DNA of 64,000 nucleotides from an uncultured Marinoscillum sp. (GTDB lineage: Bacteria > Bacteroidota > Bacteroidia > Cytophagales > MED-G16). Below are positions 37,086-48,148 of this stretch, piece by piece. A program made the translations under genes and the position numbers. Position 1 is the first letter of the stretch. Every line of letters starts with the position of its first letter. Below the pieces are notes generated by a model, which saw only the letters and a program-made list of their open reading frames with translations, made no database searches and was not told where the DNA came from. The stretch lies in contig CABYXZ010000001.1 of NCBI GenBank assembly GCA_902523065.1, positions 194,473 through 258,472 on the forward strand, read 5' to 3'.

Positions 37086-40034
37086 ATGATGTTTGAATAT
37101 AAAAAATTAAATGATCTTGCTGGTTGGACAGCTTTTTTGATATCACTCATAGTATATTCTATAACTGTTGAAGATACAGCAAGTTTTTGGGACGCCGGAG
37201 AGTTCATAGCTGTATCTAGTAAGCTTGAAGTACCTCACCCTCCTGGAGCACCATTTTATCTTTTACTCGGAAGGTTTTTTTCAATGTTTGCATTTGGGGT
37301 TCCAGAAAACATTGCAATAGCTATAAACTTTCTAAGTGTTGTATCAAGTGCATTCACAATACTATTCCTTTTTTGGACAATCACATATTTAGCATCAAAA
37401 ATTATAGACCCAAGATTAAATAACGATAATAAAGTATTAGTTATACTTGCCGGTTTTATTGGATCCTTATCATTCACATTTACCGATTCATTTTGGTTCT
37501 CTGCTGTAGAATCTGAGGTCTATGCTATGTCTTCATTCTTTACAGCTTTTGTTTTTTGGGCAATTTTGAAATGGGAAAGTCTTGATGACGAAAAAGATCA
37601 AAATAAATGGATAATACTCATTGCATATATGATGGGGCTCTCAATTGGAGTCCATCTTTTAAATTTGGTAACAATACCAGCCCTTGCCCTAATTATTTAT
37701 TTTAAAAAATTTAAAGAGGTAACTTTTAGAGGTATAGTAATATCTCTTTTACTTGGATTAATTTCTGTTGGTTTAATAGTTGAAGGTATTATTCCAGGGA
37801 TACCAACACTAGCTAATACAATTGAAATAATTTTTGTTAATAATTTAGGTTTACCATTTGGAAGTGGAATAATCCTTTTTTCCATTGTATTTCTTATTAC
37901 ACTATTTTATTTAATAAGATATAGCCAAAAAAGAGAGAAAATTACTCTAAATACTATATTACTTTCTTTCTCATTTATACTAATAGGTTATTCTTCTTAT
38001 TCAATCGTTTTAATAAGATCAAATTACAATCCTCCCATCGATGAAAATAATCCTGAGAATGTTTTAAATTTCATTTCTTACTTGAAGAGAGAACAATACG
38101 GATATAGACCTCTATTTTTCGGTCAATATTTTGATGCAAACATTACTGGTCAAGAAGAAACAGGAGTCACATATAAGAGAGGAAAAGATGAGTACGAAAT
38201 AAAAGAGAAAAAATTAAAATATGTATATGATTCTAAAAGAGTAACTCCATTCCCTAGAATGTACAGTGCTTCTCCTAATCATATAGAAAGATATCGTGAA
38301 ATCACAGGTCTTTCTCAAAATGAAAAACCGACTTTCTCTGATAATATAGTTTTCTTTTTCAAATATCAAGTTGGACATATGTATCTGAGATATTTTCTTT
38401 GGAACTTTTCTGGAAGAGCATCTGATATACAAGGTGCAAGTTGGCTTAGTTTTCTAAATTTATTCGAGGATGTTCCTTACTCAATAGAAAATAATAAGGC
38501 AAGAAATAATTACCTTATGATACCTTTAATATTGGGGATACTTGGTTTATTCTTTCAGTTTTTCTCAGATAGAAAAAATTTTTATGTTGTACTTCTCCTA
38601 TTTATACTAACTGGCTTTGCATTAGTCGTATATTTAAATAGCCCACCTATAGAACCACGAGAAAGAGATTATATATACGCTGGGTCCTACTACGCTTTCT
38701 CTATTTGGATTGGATTTGGAATTATTTCAATTTTTTCTTTTTTAGGAAAACTTATTAATAATAAGAAAATAGCATTGATACTTTCTGGGTTGATATCATT
38801 TTCATCACCATCAATTCTTGCCATTGAGAATTGGGATGATCATGATAGATCAAATAGATATCTAACAGTAGATTCTGCCAAGAATTTATTAGCTGCATGT
38901 GAACCTAATTCCATACTTTTTACTGGCGGAGATAATGACACCTTCCCTCTTTGGTATGTTCAAGAGGTAGAAAATTTTAGAACTGATGTTAGAGTCATTG
39001 TATTAAGTTATTTTAATACAGATTGGTATATTGATCAGATGATGTCGAAAAAAAATAAATCAGAAAAAATAGATTTTTCAATAAGTCTTGATAATTATAT
39101 TCAAGGAGGATACAATGATTATCTCCCAATTAGAGCTAATGATAACAGATCTATAAACCTCAAAAAGTATATTGAATTTGTAGAAAGAAATGTAAAAGCA
39201 ATTCAGTTTAGAAACTATAATACTATACCGTCAAAATCATTTTATCTTACTGATTTTGATTTCAACGAAAATCAACTACCAGAAAATTTAAAAGCTTTTT
39301 ATCAAGATACACTTATTTTGAGAGTCAAAGGAAATAAAAATGGCCTTGAGAAAAAAGATTTAGCATTCCTTGATTTACTACAGAAGGGTAATTGGGAAAG
39401 ACCAATATACTTTAATAATACATCTCTCAACGGAATTGGCCTAGATATTAAAAGAAATGTTGTACAGGAAGGGTTTGTATATAAATTACTTCCAATTGAA
39501 AATACATCATCAAACAGTTTTGTAAACACAGAAAAAATGTATTCCAGTCTTATGGAAAATTCGTTTTGGAGAGGACTTGATGATGAAAATGCATATTTCT
39601 CAGAGGATCATAGGGGATTTATAATGAATTATAGATCAACTTTCAATACATTAATTAAAAATTTAATTGATAAAAAAAGATACGATGATGCTCTAAGAGT
39701 GATTAATAAATGCTTGTCAATTATGCCAGATAAATCACTAACATTTGATCATTTTTCAGTCCAAATTGTAGAGTTTCTTATAGATCTTAATAGAGAAGCA
39801 AACCTTGAGACAATGGAACTAGCTAACGAAATAGCTGAGTTAACAAGTTCAAGAGCAGATGAAATACTTAATTACTATTTTGATAATGGAATTAAAAACC
39901 GATATGAAATAAATAGGAACTTAGTTTCACTAAACACTCTAGCAAGAGCTTTCAATAATATTGGTGATGATGAACTTTCAAAAAAATATAGAGAACTTTT
40001 TGAAAATAATTATTCTAGAAATGCAGTTAATTAA
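37086..40034 (+). CDS. DUF2723 / TMEM260-like GT-C fold membrane glycosyltransferase
   Basis: SFWDAGEFIA..KLEVPHPPGAPFYLLLG, FWFSAVESEVYA, many TM helices, RERDYIYAGS, TGGDNDTFPLWY and a TPR-like C-terminus. Confidence 0.88.
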   Translation: MMFEYKKLNDLAGWTAFLISLIVYSITVEDTASFWDAGEFIAVSSKLEVPHPPGAPFYLLLGRFFSMFAFGVPENIAIAINFLSVVSSAFTILFLFWTITYLASKIIDPRLNNDNKVLVILAGFIGSLSFTFTDSFWFSAVESEVYAMSSFFTAFVFWAILKWESLDDEKDQNKWIILIAYMMGLSIGVHLLNLVTIPALALIIYFKKFKEVTFRGIVISLLLGLISVGLIVEGIIPGIPTLANTIEIIFVNNLGLPFGSGIILFSIVFLITLFYLIRYSQKREKITLNTILLSFSFILIGYSSYSIVLIRSNYNPPIDENNPENVLNFISYLKREQYGYRPLFFGQYFDANITGQEETGVTYKRGKDEYEIKEKKLKYVYDSKRVTPFPRMYSASPNHIERYREITGLSQNEKPTFSDNIVFFFKYQVGHMYLRYFLWNFSGRASDIQGASWLSFLNLFEDVPYSIENNKARNNYLMIPLILGILGLFFQFFSDRKNFYVVLLLFILTGFALVVYLNSPPIEPRERDYIYAGSYYAFSIWIGFGIISIFSFLGKLINNKKIALILSGLISFSSPSILAIENWDDHDRSNRYLTVDSAKNLLAACEPNSILFTGGDNDTFPLWYVQEVENFRTDVRVIVLSYFNTDWYIDQMMSKKNKSEKIDFSISLDNYIQGGYNDYLPIRANDNRSINLKKYIEFVERNVKAIQFRNYNTIPSKSFYLTDFDFNENQLPENLKAFYQDTLILRVKGNKNGLEKKDLAFLDLLQKGNWERPIYFNNTSLNGIGLDIKRNVVQEGFVYKLLPIENTSSNSFVNTEKMYSSLMENSFWRGLDDENAYFSEDHRGFIMNYRSTFNTLIKNLIDKKRYDDALRVINKCLSIMPDKSLTFDHFSVQIVEFLIDLNREANLETMELANEIAELTSSRADEILNYYFDNGIKNRYEINRNLVSLNTLARAFNNIGDDELSKKYRELFENNYSRNAVN

Positions 40035-40356
40035 TTTTCAAAAATTTTACCAACTCCCTCCTATTATTTGATTTATTTGTAACTGATAAAAAATAATATC
40101 CTGAATTTAATTCTCTCAGAGATATTCTAATGATATTCTCTTCTGAATTTTCTATTGTTGTATTTACTTTATTTCCAATTAATGAATGTATAGATACCGA
40201 CTCTCTATCAATAGCCCTATCGTCGGAAAATTTTATGTTTATATATTCAAACGCGGGGTTAGGGTAAACATCAAAGGAATTAATTCTTTCTTTATCTTGC
40301 GAATAAGAAAAAATTGAAAAGCTTAAAAAAACTAATAATAAAATACTTCTTTTCAT
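40027..40356 (-). CDS. Small T9SS type A sorting-domain-only protein
   Basis: Signal peptide followed almost at once by VYPNPAFEYINI...SGYYFLSV...KFLKIN. Confidence 0.8.
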   Translation of the reverse strand: MKRSILLLVFLSFSIFSYSQDKERINSFDVYPNPAFEYINIKFSDDRAIDRESVSIHSLIGNKVNTTIENSEENIIRISLRELNSGYYFLSVTNKSNNRRELVKFLKIN

Positions 40357-40416
40357 ATGTTAATAAATAAATTAGATCATGTAATTACAAAATCTAAATA
40401 TTAATTTAGGTTAAAA

Positions 40417-41493
40417 TTACAATAATTTTTTGACTCTTTCTGATATCCAATCACCGACGTATGAAGTTGTGTAACTCTTTTCTTGATTAATATCCTCTGT
40501 CACAATACCATTCTCTAATGCATCTTTAACTGCTTGATTTATAATTTCTGAATATTCTTTTAAACCGAAAGCAAGATCTAACATCATACTTGAAGATAGT
40601 ATCATTGCCATAGGATTTGCTATGTTTTTTCCAGCAGCTTGTGGATATGATCCATGAATCGGCTCAAATAATGAAACCTTACTACCAATAGAAGCAGATG
40701 GCAACATACCAAGTGACCCAGTTATAACCGATGCCTCATCAGTTATTATATCACCAAACATATTTTCTGTTAATATCACATCAAAATCAGATGGATTTGT
40801 TATTATTTTCATGGCCGCATTATCAACAAAAAGATATTGAACATTTACATCTTTGTATTCTTTAGATATATTTTGCACTACCTCTCTCCAAAGTCTTGAG
40901 GTTTCTAGAACATTTGCCTTATCAACTAATGTTAAAATATTCTTCCTTTTTTTTGCTTCTTCAAATGCTAGGTGAGATATTCTCTCAATCTCTTCCCTAG
41001 TATATCTACATGTGTCAAATGCACTATTTTTTTTTTCGTCAAGACCTTTTTCTCCAAAGTAAATGCCTCCCGTGAGTTCTCTAAAAACAATAAAATCAGT
41101 GTTTTTTAAAATTGAAGCTTTTAAAGGCGATGAACTCATTAGAGAATCATAAACCTTAACAGGTCTTATATTGGCGTATAGACCTAAATATTTTCTCATT
41201 TCAAGAAGCCCATCTTCAGGCCTAATTTTAGCTTTTGGATTATTGTCATACTTTGGATCCCCTATCGCTCCAAACAAAATTGAGTCACAACTATCGCATA
41301 TTTCTTTTGTTTTATCAGGGAAAGGGTTCCCATATTTATCTATTGCTTCCGCACCTATGGGAGCATCGTAATAAGAAAAATTTATATCTGAATTACTTGA
41401 GAGGGTATCAAGAACTTTGACAGATTCTCTAATTACTTCAGGTCCAATACCATCACCACTTAACAAAGCTATTTTTTTACCTGCCCGTTTCAT
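40417..41493 (-). CDS. leuB: 3-isopropylmalate dehydrogenase
   Basis: GDGIGPEV, RELTGGIYFG, DKANVLETSRLWR, NMFGDIITDE and FEPIHGSYP. ATG at 41493 overlaps the end of leuD. Confidence 0.96.
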   Translation of the reverse strand: MKRAGKKIALLSGDGIGPEVIRESVKVLDTLSSNSDINFSYYDAPIGAEAIDKYGNPFPDKTKEICDSCDSILFGAIGDPKYDNNPKAKIRPEDGLLEMRKYLGLYANIRPVKVYDSLMSSSPLKASILKNTDFIVFRELTGGIYFGEKGLDEKKNSAFDTCRYTREEIERISHLAFEEAKKRKNILTLVDKANVLETSRLWREVVQNISKEYKDVNVQYLFVDNAAMKIITNPSDFDVILTENMFGDIITDEASVITGSLGMLPSASIGSKVSLFEPIHGSYPQAAGKNIANPMAMILSSSMMLDLAFGLKEYSEIINQAVKDALENGIVTEDINQEKSYTTSYVGDWISERVKKLL

Positions 41494-42067
41494 TTTCAAA
41501 CTTTAATATTTTTTCTTTTATGCTTAATAGATAATCTACATTATCATAACCTTTAAGTAAACATGTTTTATTGTAATCATTAATTTGAAACTTTTCATCA
41601 ATACTGCCATCTAAGGAATAAAATTTTTGTTCATTCAAATCAATTTCAAATTCAATATTAGATTCATTAGATATTTTTTTAAAAATCTTTTGAATTAAAT
41701 TTTCATCCAATTCAAATACTAATAAACCATTATTTAATGCATTATTTTTAAAAATATCAGCAAAGAAGCTACTTATAACAACCCTAAATCCATAGTCATG
41801 TATAGCCCATGCAGCATGCTCTCTACTTGACCCACATCCAAAGTTTCTTCCTGCCAAAAGTATTTTTGAGTTTTTTGGGTTAGAATTTAAAATAAAGTCG
41901 TTATTCAAATTCCCATCTGAACGGTATCTCCAATCTCTAAATAAATTTTCTCCAAAGCCATCTCTAGAAACTGCCTTTAAAAATCTTGCTGGAATAATTT
42001 GATCCGTATCTATATTCTCAATATTTAAAGGCGTAATAGTTGATTTTAGTTTTTCAAACTTTTCCAT
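41477..42067 (-). CDS. leuD: 3-isopropylmalate dehydratase small subunit
   Basis: NIDTDQIIPARFL, NFGCGSSREHAAWA and FADIFKNN. Confidence 0.96.
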   Translation of the reverse strand: MEKFEKLKSTITPLNIENIDTDQIIPARFLKAVSRDGFGENLFRDWRYRSDGNLNNDFILNSNPKNSKILLAGRNFGCGSSREHAAWAIHDYGFRVVISSFFADIFKNNALNNGLLVFELDENLIQKIFKKISNESNIEFEIDLNEQKFYSLDGSIDEKFQINDYNKTCLLKGYDNVDYLLSIKEKILKFENETGR

Positions 42068-42068
42068 A

Positions 42069-43460
42069 TTATAAATAATCTCTTACATCTGATACATGAC
42101 CACTGATTGCAGATAATGCAGCTGTTGCAGGGCTTGCTAAAAAAGTTCTGGATCCTGGCCCTTGTCTTCCCTCAAAATTTCTATTAGATGTAGATAAACA
42201 GTATTTTCCCTTGGGTATTTTATCTTCGTTCATAGCTAAACAGGCTGAGCATCCAGGCTGCCTAAAATCAAAACCAGCATCAACAAAAACTTTATCTAAA
42301 CCTTCATTAATTGCAGCCCTCTCTACTGATTTAGACCCTGGAATTACCCAAGCATTAACATGTGGTGATTTAGTTTTACCTTTTATTATATCTGCTGCAG
42401 TCCTCAGATCCTCTATTCTTGAATTAGTACAACTACCTATAAATACATAATCAATTTTTTTATTTTTAAGTTTATCCCCAGAATTAATACCCATATATCT
42501 AAGTGACTTTTCAAAAGAATGTTTGGAACTGTTAATAGCTGAGCTAGGAATTTCCTCATCAATTTTAATCCCCATTCCAGGATTAGTACCGTAGGTTATC
42601 ATTGGTTGAATATCTTCAGCATCAAATTTTAATACCTTATCATAATTTGCATCTGCATCTGATCTGAGTTTATTCCAATATTTTATTTTTTTATCCAGTT
42701 CTATTCCTCTAGGTGCAAACTCTTTATCCTTTAAATATTTGTAAGTTATTTCATCTGGTGCGATCATCCCCCCTCTTGCTCCCATTTCAATGCTCATATT
42801 ACAAATAGTCATTCTTGACTCCATTGATAATTTTTCAATAGCAGAACCAGCATACTCCACAAAATATCCGGTGCCTCCAGATGCACTAATTTTAGATATT
42901 ATATACAAAATAATATCTTTAGAGTATACACCCGAGTTTAACTCACCATTAATCTCTATTCTCATAGTTTTTGGTTTATTTTGGAGAATACATTGAGTTG
43001 AAAGTACCATTTCGACTTCACTAGTTCCAATACCAAAGGCAATAGAACCAAATGCGCCATGAGTTGAGGTATGACTATCGCCACACACAATTGTCATTCC
43101 TGGCTGGGTTAGACCTAGTTCTGGTCCTATTACATGTACAATACCTTGATATTTATGACCTAAGCCATATAATTTAATATTGTGTTCTTTACAATTAGCT
43201 GTAAGTTTTTCTACTTGTTTTCTTGATAATTCTTCCTTAATTGGCAAATGCTGATTTTCAGTTGGAACATTATGGTCAGCTGTTGCTATAGTTCTATCAG
43301 GTCTAAATACATTTATTTTTCTTGAGTTAATTCCGTCAAAAGCTTGGGGGCTAGTAACTTCGTGAATGAGGTGTTTATCAATATAGAGAATACTTGGACC
43401 GTTTGGAATTGAGTCTACTACATGTTCTTCCCATACTTTATCAAATAATGTTTTACCCAT
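42069..43460 (-). CDS. leuC: 3-isopropylmalate dehydratase large subunit
   Basis: [43 protein letters not shown] and [12 protein letters not shown]. Confidence 0.97.
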   Translation of the reverse strand: MGKTLFDKVWEEHVVDSIPNGPSILYIDKHLIHEVTSPQAFDGINSRKINVFRPDRTIATADHNVPTENQHLPIKEELSRKQVEKLTANCKEHNIKLYGLGHKYQGIVHVIGPELGLTQPGMTIVCGDSHTSTHGAFGSIAFGIGTSEVEMVLSTQCILQNKPKTMRIEINGELNSGVYSKDIILYIISKISASGGTGYFVEYAGSAIEKLSMESRMTICNMSIEMGARGGMIAPDEITYKYLKDKEFAPRGIELDKKIKYWNKLRSDADANYDKVLKFDAEDIQPMITYGTNPGMGIKIDEEIPSSAINSSKHSFEKSLRYMGINSGDKLKNKKIDYVFIGSCTNSRIEDLRTAADIIKGKTKSPHVNAWVIPGSKSVERAAINEGLDKVFVDAGFDFRQPGCSACLAMNEDKIPKGKYCLSTSNRNFEGRQGPGSRTFLASPATAALSAISGHVSDVRDYL

Positions 43461-44610
43461 TTTTTTCTTTAACTAATTCAATTAAATCTTCATCATGTAG
43501 AAGTTTTTTTTCATCAGCTAGCTCTATAAATCTAACGTACAAAGTTTCTAATTCAATTTTTGAGAACTCATAACCTAATAGGCTAAGTCTGTGCTTCAAT
43601 GCAGCTCTACCACTTCTTGCAGTTAAATCAATTGAAGATGAGTCTAATCCAACATCTTCAGGATTAATAATTTCATAATTATCTCTATTTTTTAAAAAAC
43701 CATCTTGATGAATACCCGATGAATGAGCAAATGCATTTGCCCCAACAATAGCCTTATTTTTTTGAACTGGCATATTCATCATTCTGCTAACTTTTTTACT
43801 CAGTTTAATTATTTTTTTTGTATCAATACCTGTTGATAAATTCAAATCAGGGTGTGCTTTCAAAGCCATAACTACCTCTTCAATTGATGTATTACCTGCT
43901 CTCTCCCCAATTCCATTAATAGTTCCTTCAATTTGCCTAGCTCCATTTTGTAATCCAGCTAAAGAATTTGCAGTCGCTAATCCTAGATCATTATGACAAT
44001 GGACTGAAACAATAGCTTTGTCAATATTAGGAACTCTGTCAAATAAATTTTTTATTTTTTTTCCATACATCTCTGGTAAATTATATCCAGTTGTATCAGC
44101 AATATTTATAACTGTAGCTCCGGCACCAATAACTTTTTCAACCATTTTTGCTAAAAAATCAGGGTCTGCTCTTCCTGCATCCTCAGGATAAAATTCAATA
44201 TCTTCAAAATATCTTCTTGCATATTTTACAGCTGCAACTGCTTGATCTAAAATTTTTTCCCTAGTGGAGTTAAACTTATGTTTAATGTGTATGTCTGATG
44301 ATCCAATTCCAGTATGCAACCTTCTTCTCTCAGCACTTTTAAGAGAAACATGTGCCATATTGATATCATCAACCAATGCTCTTGAGAGTGCACATATAAT
44401 AGGTCTCTTTACATTTTTTGATATTTCCACAACTGAATTAAAGTCTCCAGGACTAGATATAGGAAAACCTGCTTCAATTATATCAACACCAAGATCCTCT
44501 AAATCCAATGCTATTTCTACCTTTTCATCAGTATTTAATTGACAACCAGGAACCTGCTCCCCATCACGAAGAGTTGTATCAAAAACATAAACTTTTTGTT
44601 TTTCAGACAT
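43453..44610 (-). CDS. leuA: 2-isopropylmalate synthase (short form, no C-terminal regulatory domain)
   Basis: [34 protein letters not shown] and [10 protein letters not shown]; 385 aa. Confidence 0.93.
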   Translation of the reverse strand: MSEKQKVYVFDTTLRDGEQVPGCQLNTDEKVEIALDLEDLGVDIIEAGFPISSPGDFNSVVEISKNVKRPIICALSRALVDDINMAHVSLKSAERRRLHTGIGSSDIHIKHKFNSTREKILDQAVAAVKYARRYFEDIEFYPEDAGRADPDFLAKMVEKVIGAGATVINIADTTGYNLPEMYGKKIKNLFDRVPNIDKAIVSVHCHNDLGLATANSLAGLQNGARQIEGTINGIGERAGNTSIEEVVMALKAHPDLNLSTGIDTKKIIKLSKKVSRMMNMPVQKNKAIVGANAFAHSSGIHQDGFLKNRDNYEIINPEDVGLDSSSIDLTARSGRAALKHRLSLLGYEFSKIELETLYVRFIELADEKKLLHDEDLIELVKEKNG

Positions 44611-44633
44611 TTAAATAGAAATAATGGTTGAAT

Positions 44634-45860
44634 TTACATATTTTTCACAATTTCTCTACCAAACTCAGAACAAGAAAGTAGAGTTGCATTATCCATTAAT
44701 CTTTCGAAATCGTAAGTAACTTTCCCAGAAAGTATGGCTTTAGTTAATCCATGGTGAATCAAATGTTTTGCCTCATTCCATCCCAAGTGTTCTAACATCA
44801 TGGCTCCTGATAGAATTACTGATCCTGGATTAACTTTATCTTGACCTGCATACTTTGGGGCAGTACCATGAGTAGCCTCAAAAATTGCATGACCAGATTG
44901 GTAATTAATATTTGCTCCAGGTGCAATTCCTATCCCTCCAACAATAGCAGCAAGTGCATCTGAAATGTAATCACCATTTAAATTCATTGTTGCAATCACA
45001 GAATATTCTTTTGGCCTTAAAAGAATTTGTTGAAGAAATGCATCAGCTATAACATCCTTAATGATGATTTTATGATCTCCAGAATTAATCACTTGCCATG
45101 GACCTCCCTCATAATCTACTGCACCAAATTCATCTTTTGCTAATTGATATCCCCAATCTCTAAATGCTCCTTCAGTATATTTCATTATATTTCCTTTATG
45201 AACTAACGTAACAGAACTTTTTTTATGTTGAATTGCATATTTTATAGCAGATCTGACTAGTCTATTTGTTCCCTCAACGGAAATAGGCTTAATACCAATC
45301 CCTACAGTATTAGGAAATCGAATTTTACTAAATCTATCTTTAAAATTTTCTTTAATCAGATCTTTAATTACTTCATTATCTTTTGTTCCATTCTCAAACT
45401 CAATTCCTGCATAGATATCTTCTGTATTCTCTCTAAAAATTATCATATCTGTTGTAGAGGGATCCTTTACTGGTGAGGGAGTACCATCAAACCATTTTAC
45501 AGGCCTTACACAAGCAAATAAATCTAATTTTTGTCTAAGAGCAACATTTAAAGATGTTATCCCACCCCCAACCGGTGTTGTTAATGGTCCTTTGATACCA
45601 ACCAAATACTCCCTAAAAGCATCCAAAGTTTCTTCAGGAAGCCAATTTCCTGTGCTATCATAAGCCTTCTCACCTGCCAAAACTTCCTTCCATTCAATTT
45701 TTCTTTTGCCACCATATGCTTTTTCTACAGCAGAATCAAAAACATGCTTACTTGCTGGCCATATGTCAACGCCGATTCCGTCTCCTTCAATAAAAGGAAT
45801 AATTGGATTATCGGGAACATTAATTTTACCCTCAGTAAAACTTATCTTATTTGGTACCAT
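44634..45860 (-). CDS. icd: NADP-dependent isocitrate dehydrogenase (homodimeric, E. coli type)
   Basis: [52 protein letters not shown] and [10 protein letters not shown]. Confidence 0.95.
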   Translation of the reverse strand: MVPNKISFTEGKINVPDNPIIPFIEGDGIGVDIWPASKHVFDSAVEKAYGGKRKIEWKEVLAGEKAYDSTGNWLPEETLDAFREYLVGIKGPLTTPVGGGITSLNVALRQKLDLFACVRPVKWFDGTPSPVKDPSTTDMIIFRENTEDIYAGIEFENGTKDNEVIKDLIKENFKDRFSKIRFPNTVGIGIKPISVEGTNRLVRSAIKYAIQHKKSSVTLVHKGNIMKYTEGAFRDWGYQLAKDEFGAVDYEGGPWQVINSGDHKIIIKDVIADAFLQQILLRPKEYSVIATMNLNGDYISDALAAIVGGIGIAPGANINYQSGHAIFEATHGTAPKYAGQDKVNPGSVILSGAMMLEHLGWNEAKHLIHHGLTKAILSGKVTYDFERLMDNATLLSCSEFGREIVKNM

Positions 45861-45938
45861 AATCTACTATATTTTAAAATTGGATAGCAATAATAGAGAT
45901 TTTTTAATAAAATGAAGAAAACATTTATTCAAATGATT

Positions 45939-46490
45939 TTATTTCCATTTAATGTTACAACCCATACTTGGAAACTGTTCAGAGCTTATTTTTTTTCCTG
46001 TAAGAAGAGAGTCAATTGCAGATCTCAAGTCTTTACCATCAATTTCTTTACCATTGCCTGGCGAAGAATCATCTAGCCTACCCCTATAAACTAATTTTTT
46101 AAAATCATCATAAAGATAAAATTCTGGTGTACATTCAGCTTTAAATAATCTTGCAACTTCCTGAGTTTCATCATATAAGTAAGGAAAATCAAAATTTAAT
46201 TTTTGAAATAATTTTTTCATTTTATCAGGAGAATCTTCTGGGTGTGTAATAACATTATTTGAACTAATTGCTATGAAACTTACTGATTGACTGAAATCTG
46301 ATACTAGCTTTTTCAATTGATCATGGTAATGAATAACGTAGGGACAATGATTACAAATTACCATTACAAGAATGCAATCCTTTATTTCATAATCATCTGA
46401 ATTAAATTGTTTATCATTTATGACATTGTATAATTTAAATTTTGGGAAATCAGTTCCTAAGGGAAGCATTTGAGAATATGTTAAGGCCAT
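45939..46490 (-). CDS. Thioredoxin-fold protein (AhpC/TSA / redoxin family)
   Basis: ICNHCPYV, YLYDETQEVA, AECTPEFY, YRGRLDD and GCNIKWK. Confidence 0.88.
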   Translation of the reverse strand: MALTYSQMLPLGTDFPKFKLYNVINDKQFNSDDYEIKDCILVMVICNHCPYVIHYHDQLKKLVSDFSQSVSFIAISSNNVITHPEDSPDKMKKLFQKLNFDFPYLYDETQEVARLFKAECTPEFYLYDDFKKLVYRGRLDDSSPGNGKEIDGKDLRSAIDSLLTGKKISSEQFPSMGCNIKWK

Positions 46491-46555
46491 TTGAATCTGT
46501 TTTAGTTATTAATAATTATTTATTATAAATTTAGTAAAAGTAAAACTATACTCAC

Positions 46556-48148
46556 ATGAAAAACATCATTCTAATTTCAATTATACTCTTCATAAACAAT
46601 AATATTTTCTCACAAATAGATAAAGCACCTGAAAGATACAGAGGAGAGGGTCCATACAACCAACTTATCATAAGAGGTGCAACATTAATAAATGGAAATG
46701 GAGCTCCACCTACTGGACCTGTTGATGTAGTTATAGAAAAAAATATTATTAAAAAAATTATAAATGTAGGATATCCAGGATTAGAGATAAAAGAAAGCAG
46801 AAGACCCATACTTGAAAAAGGAGGAATTGAAATTGATGCCCAAGGAAAATATTTACTCCCAGGATTTATTGATATGCACGGACATATTTCATCTCAGAGA
46901 TCTGGTACAGCAGAATATGTATTTAAACTTTGGATGGCTCATGGGATAACTACCGTTAGAGATCCATCATGTGGTCAGGGTTTAGATTGGGTGTTGGATC
47001 AAAAAAATAAAAGTCAAAAAAATGAAATTACTGCACCAAGAATCCTAGCCTATACTAGTTTTGGTCAAGGATCAAAAAATGGTATTAATTCACCAAGTGA
47101 GGCAGTTGAATGGATTAGGAAAAATAAAGAAAAAGGAGCAGACGGAGTTAAGTTTTTTGGATCGAGATCTGATATTTTTAAAGCTGCACTACAAGAAAAT
47201 AAGAGAATTGGTTTAAGATCGGCATGTCATCATGCCCAAATGGATGTAGCTGAAATGAATGTATTACAAACAGCAAGAAATGGTTTAACTACTATGGAAC
47301 ATTGGTATGGGCTACCCGAAGCATTATTTGAAAACAAAACAATTCAAAATTATCCTCTTGATTATAATTATATGAATGAAGGAAACAGGTTTGAGGAAGC
47401 AGGAAAACTATGGAAACAAGCTGCAGAACCTTATTCAAATAAATGGAATGACGTTATGAATGAATTGATATCTCTGGATTTCACTATTGATGTGACATTT
47501 GTGCCTTACAGTGTATTCAGAGATGTTCAAAGAGGAAGTAGCTTGCCTTGGCATAAAGATTATACTAGGCCCCAACTTTTAAAATTTTTCCTACCATCAA
47601 GAGATTCACACGCTGCTGCTTATTATGATTGGGGATCTGAATTAGAAACAGAATGGAAAGAAAATTACAAGCTGTGGATGACATTCATAAACGAATATAA
47701 AAATAGAGGTGGAAGAGTGACAGCTGGATCAGATTCCGGTTATATGTATAATCTGTATGGTTTTGGTTTCGTTCAAGAATTAGAACTATTAAGAGAAGCA
47801 GGTTTTCATCCCATGGAAGTAATAAGAGCAGGTACTCTACACGCAGCAGAGGCAATTGGAATGGAAGATAAGATTGGAACAGTAGAAGTTGGAAAACTAG
47901 CAGATTTAATATTAATGGATGAAAATCCACTTAAAAATCTAAAATATTTATATGCTACAGGAGATATAAAACTTGATGAAGAAAATGATGTTGTGAGAGT
48001 AGGAGGAGTAGAGAAGACAATCAAAGACGGAATAGTTTATGATGCGAGGTTACTATTAGAAGACGTTAAGAAAATTGTTGATGAAGAAAAGTCAAAAACT
48101 CCAGATTGGAAAAGTTTATTGTATGAGTCAATTGGTAGAAAAAATTAA
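46556..48148 (+). CDS. Secreted amidohydrolase family protein
   Basis: Signal peptide and metal ligands PGFIDMHGH, CHHAQ, EHWYG, AGSDSG, plus GTVEVGKLADL. Confidence 0.85.
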   Translation: MKNIILISIILFINNNIFSQIDKAPERYRGEGPYNQLIIRGATLINGNGAPPTGPVDVVIEKNIIKKIINVGYPGLEIKESRRPILEKGGIEIDAQGKYLLPGFIDMHGHISSQRSGTAEYVFKLWMAHGITTVRDPSCGQGLDWVLDQKNKSQKNEITAPRILAYTSFGQGSKNGINSPSEAVEWIRKNKEKGADGVKFFGSRSDIFKAALQENKRIGLRSACHHAQMDVAEMNVLQTARNGLTTMEHWYGLPEALFENKTIQNYPLDYNYMNEGNRFEEAGKLWKQAAEPYSNKWNDVMNELISLDFTIDVTFVPYSVFRDVQRGSSLPWHKDYTRPQLLKFFLPSRDSHAAAYYDWGSELETEWKENYKLWMTFINEYKNRGGRVTAGSDSGYMYNLYGFGFVQELELLREAGFHPMEVIRAGTLHAAEAIGMEDKIGTVEVGKLADLILMDENPLKNLKYLYATGDIKLDEENDVVRVGGVEKTIKDGIVYDARLLLEDVKKIVDEEKSKTPDWKSLLYESIGRKN

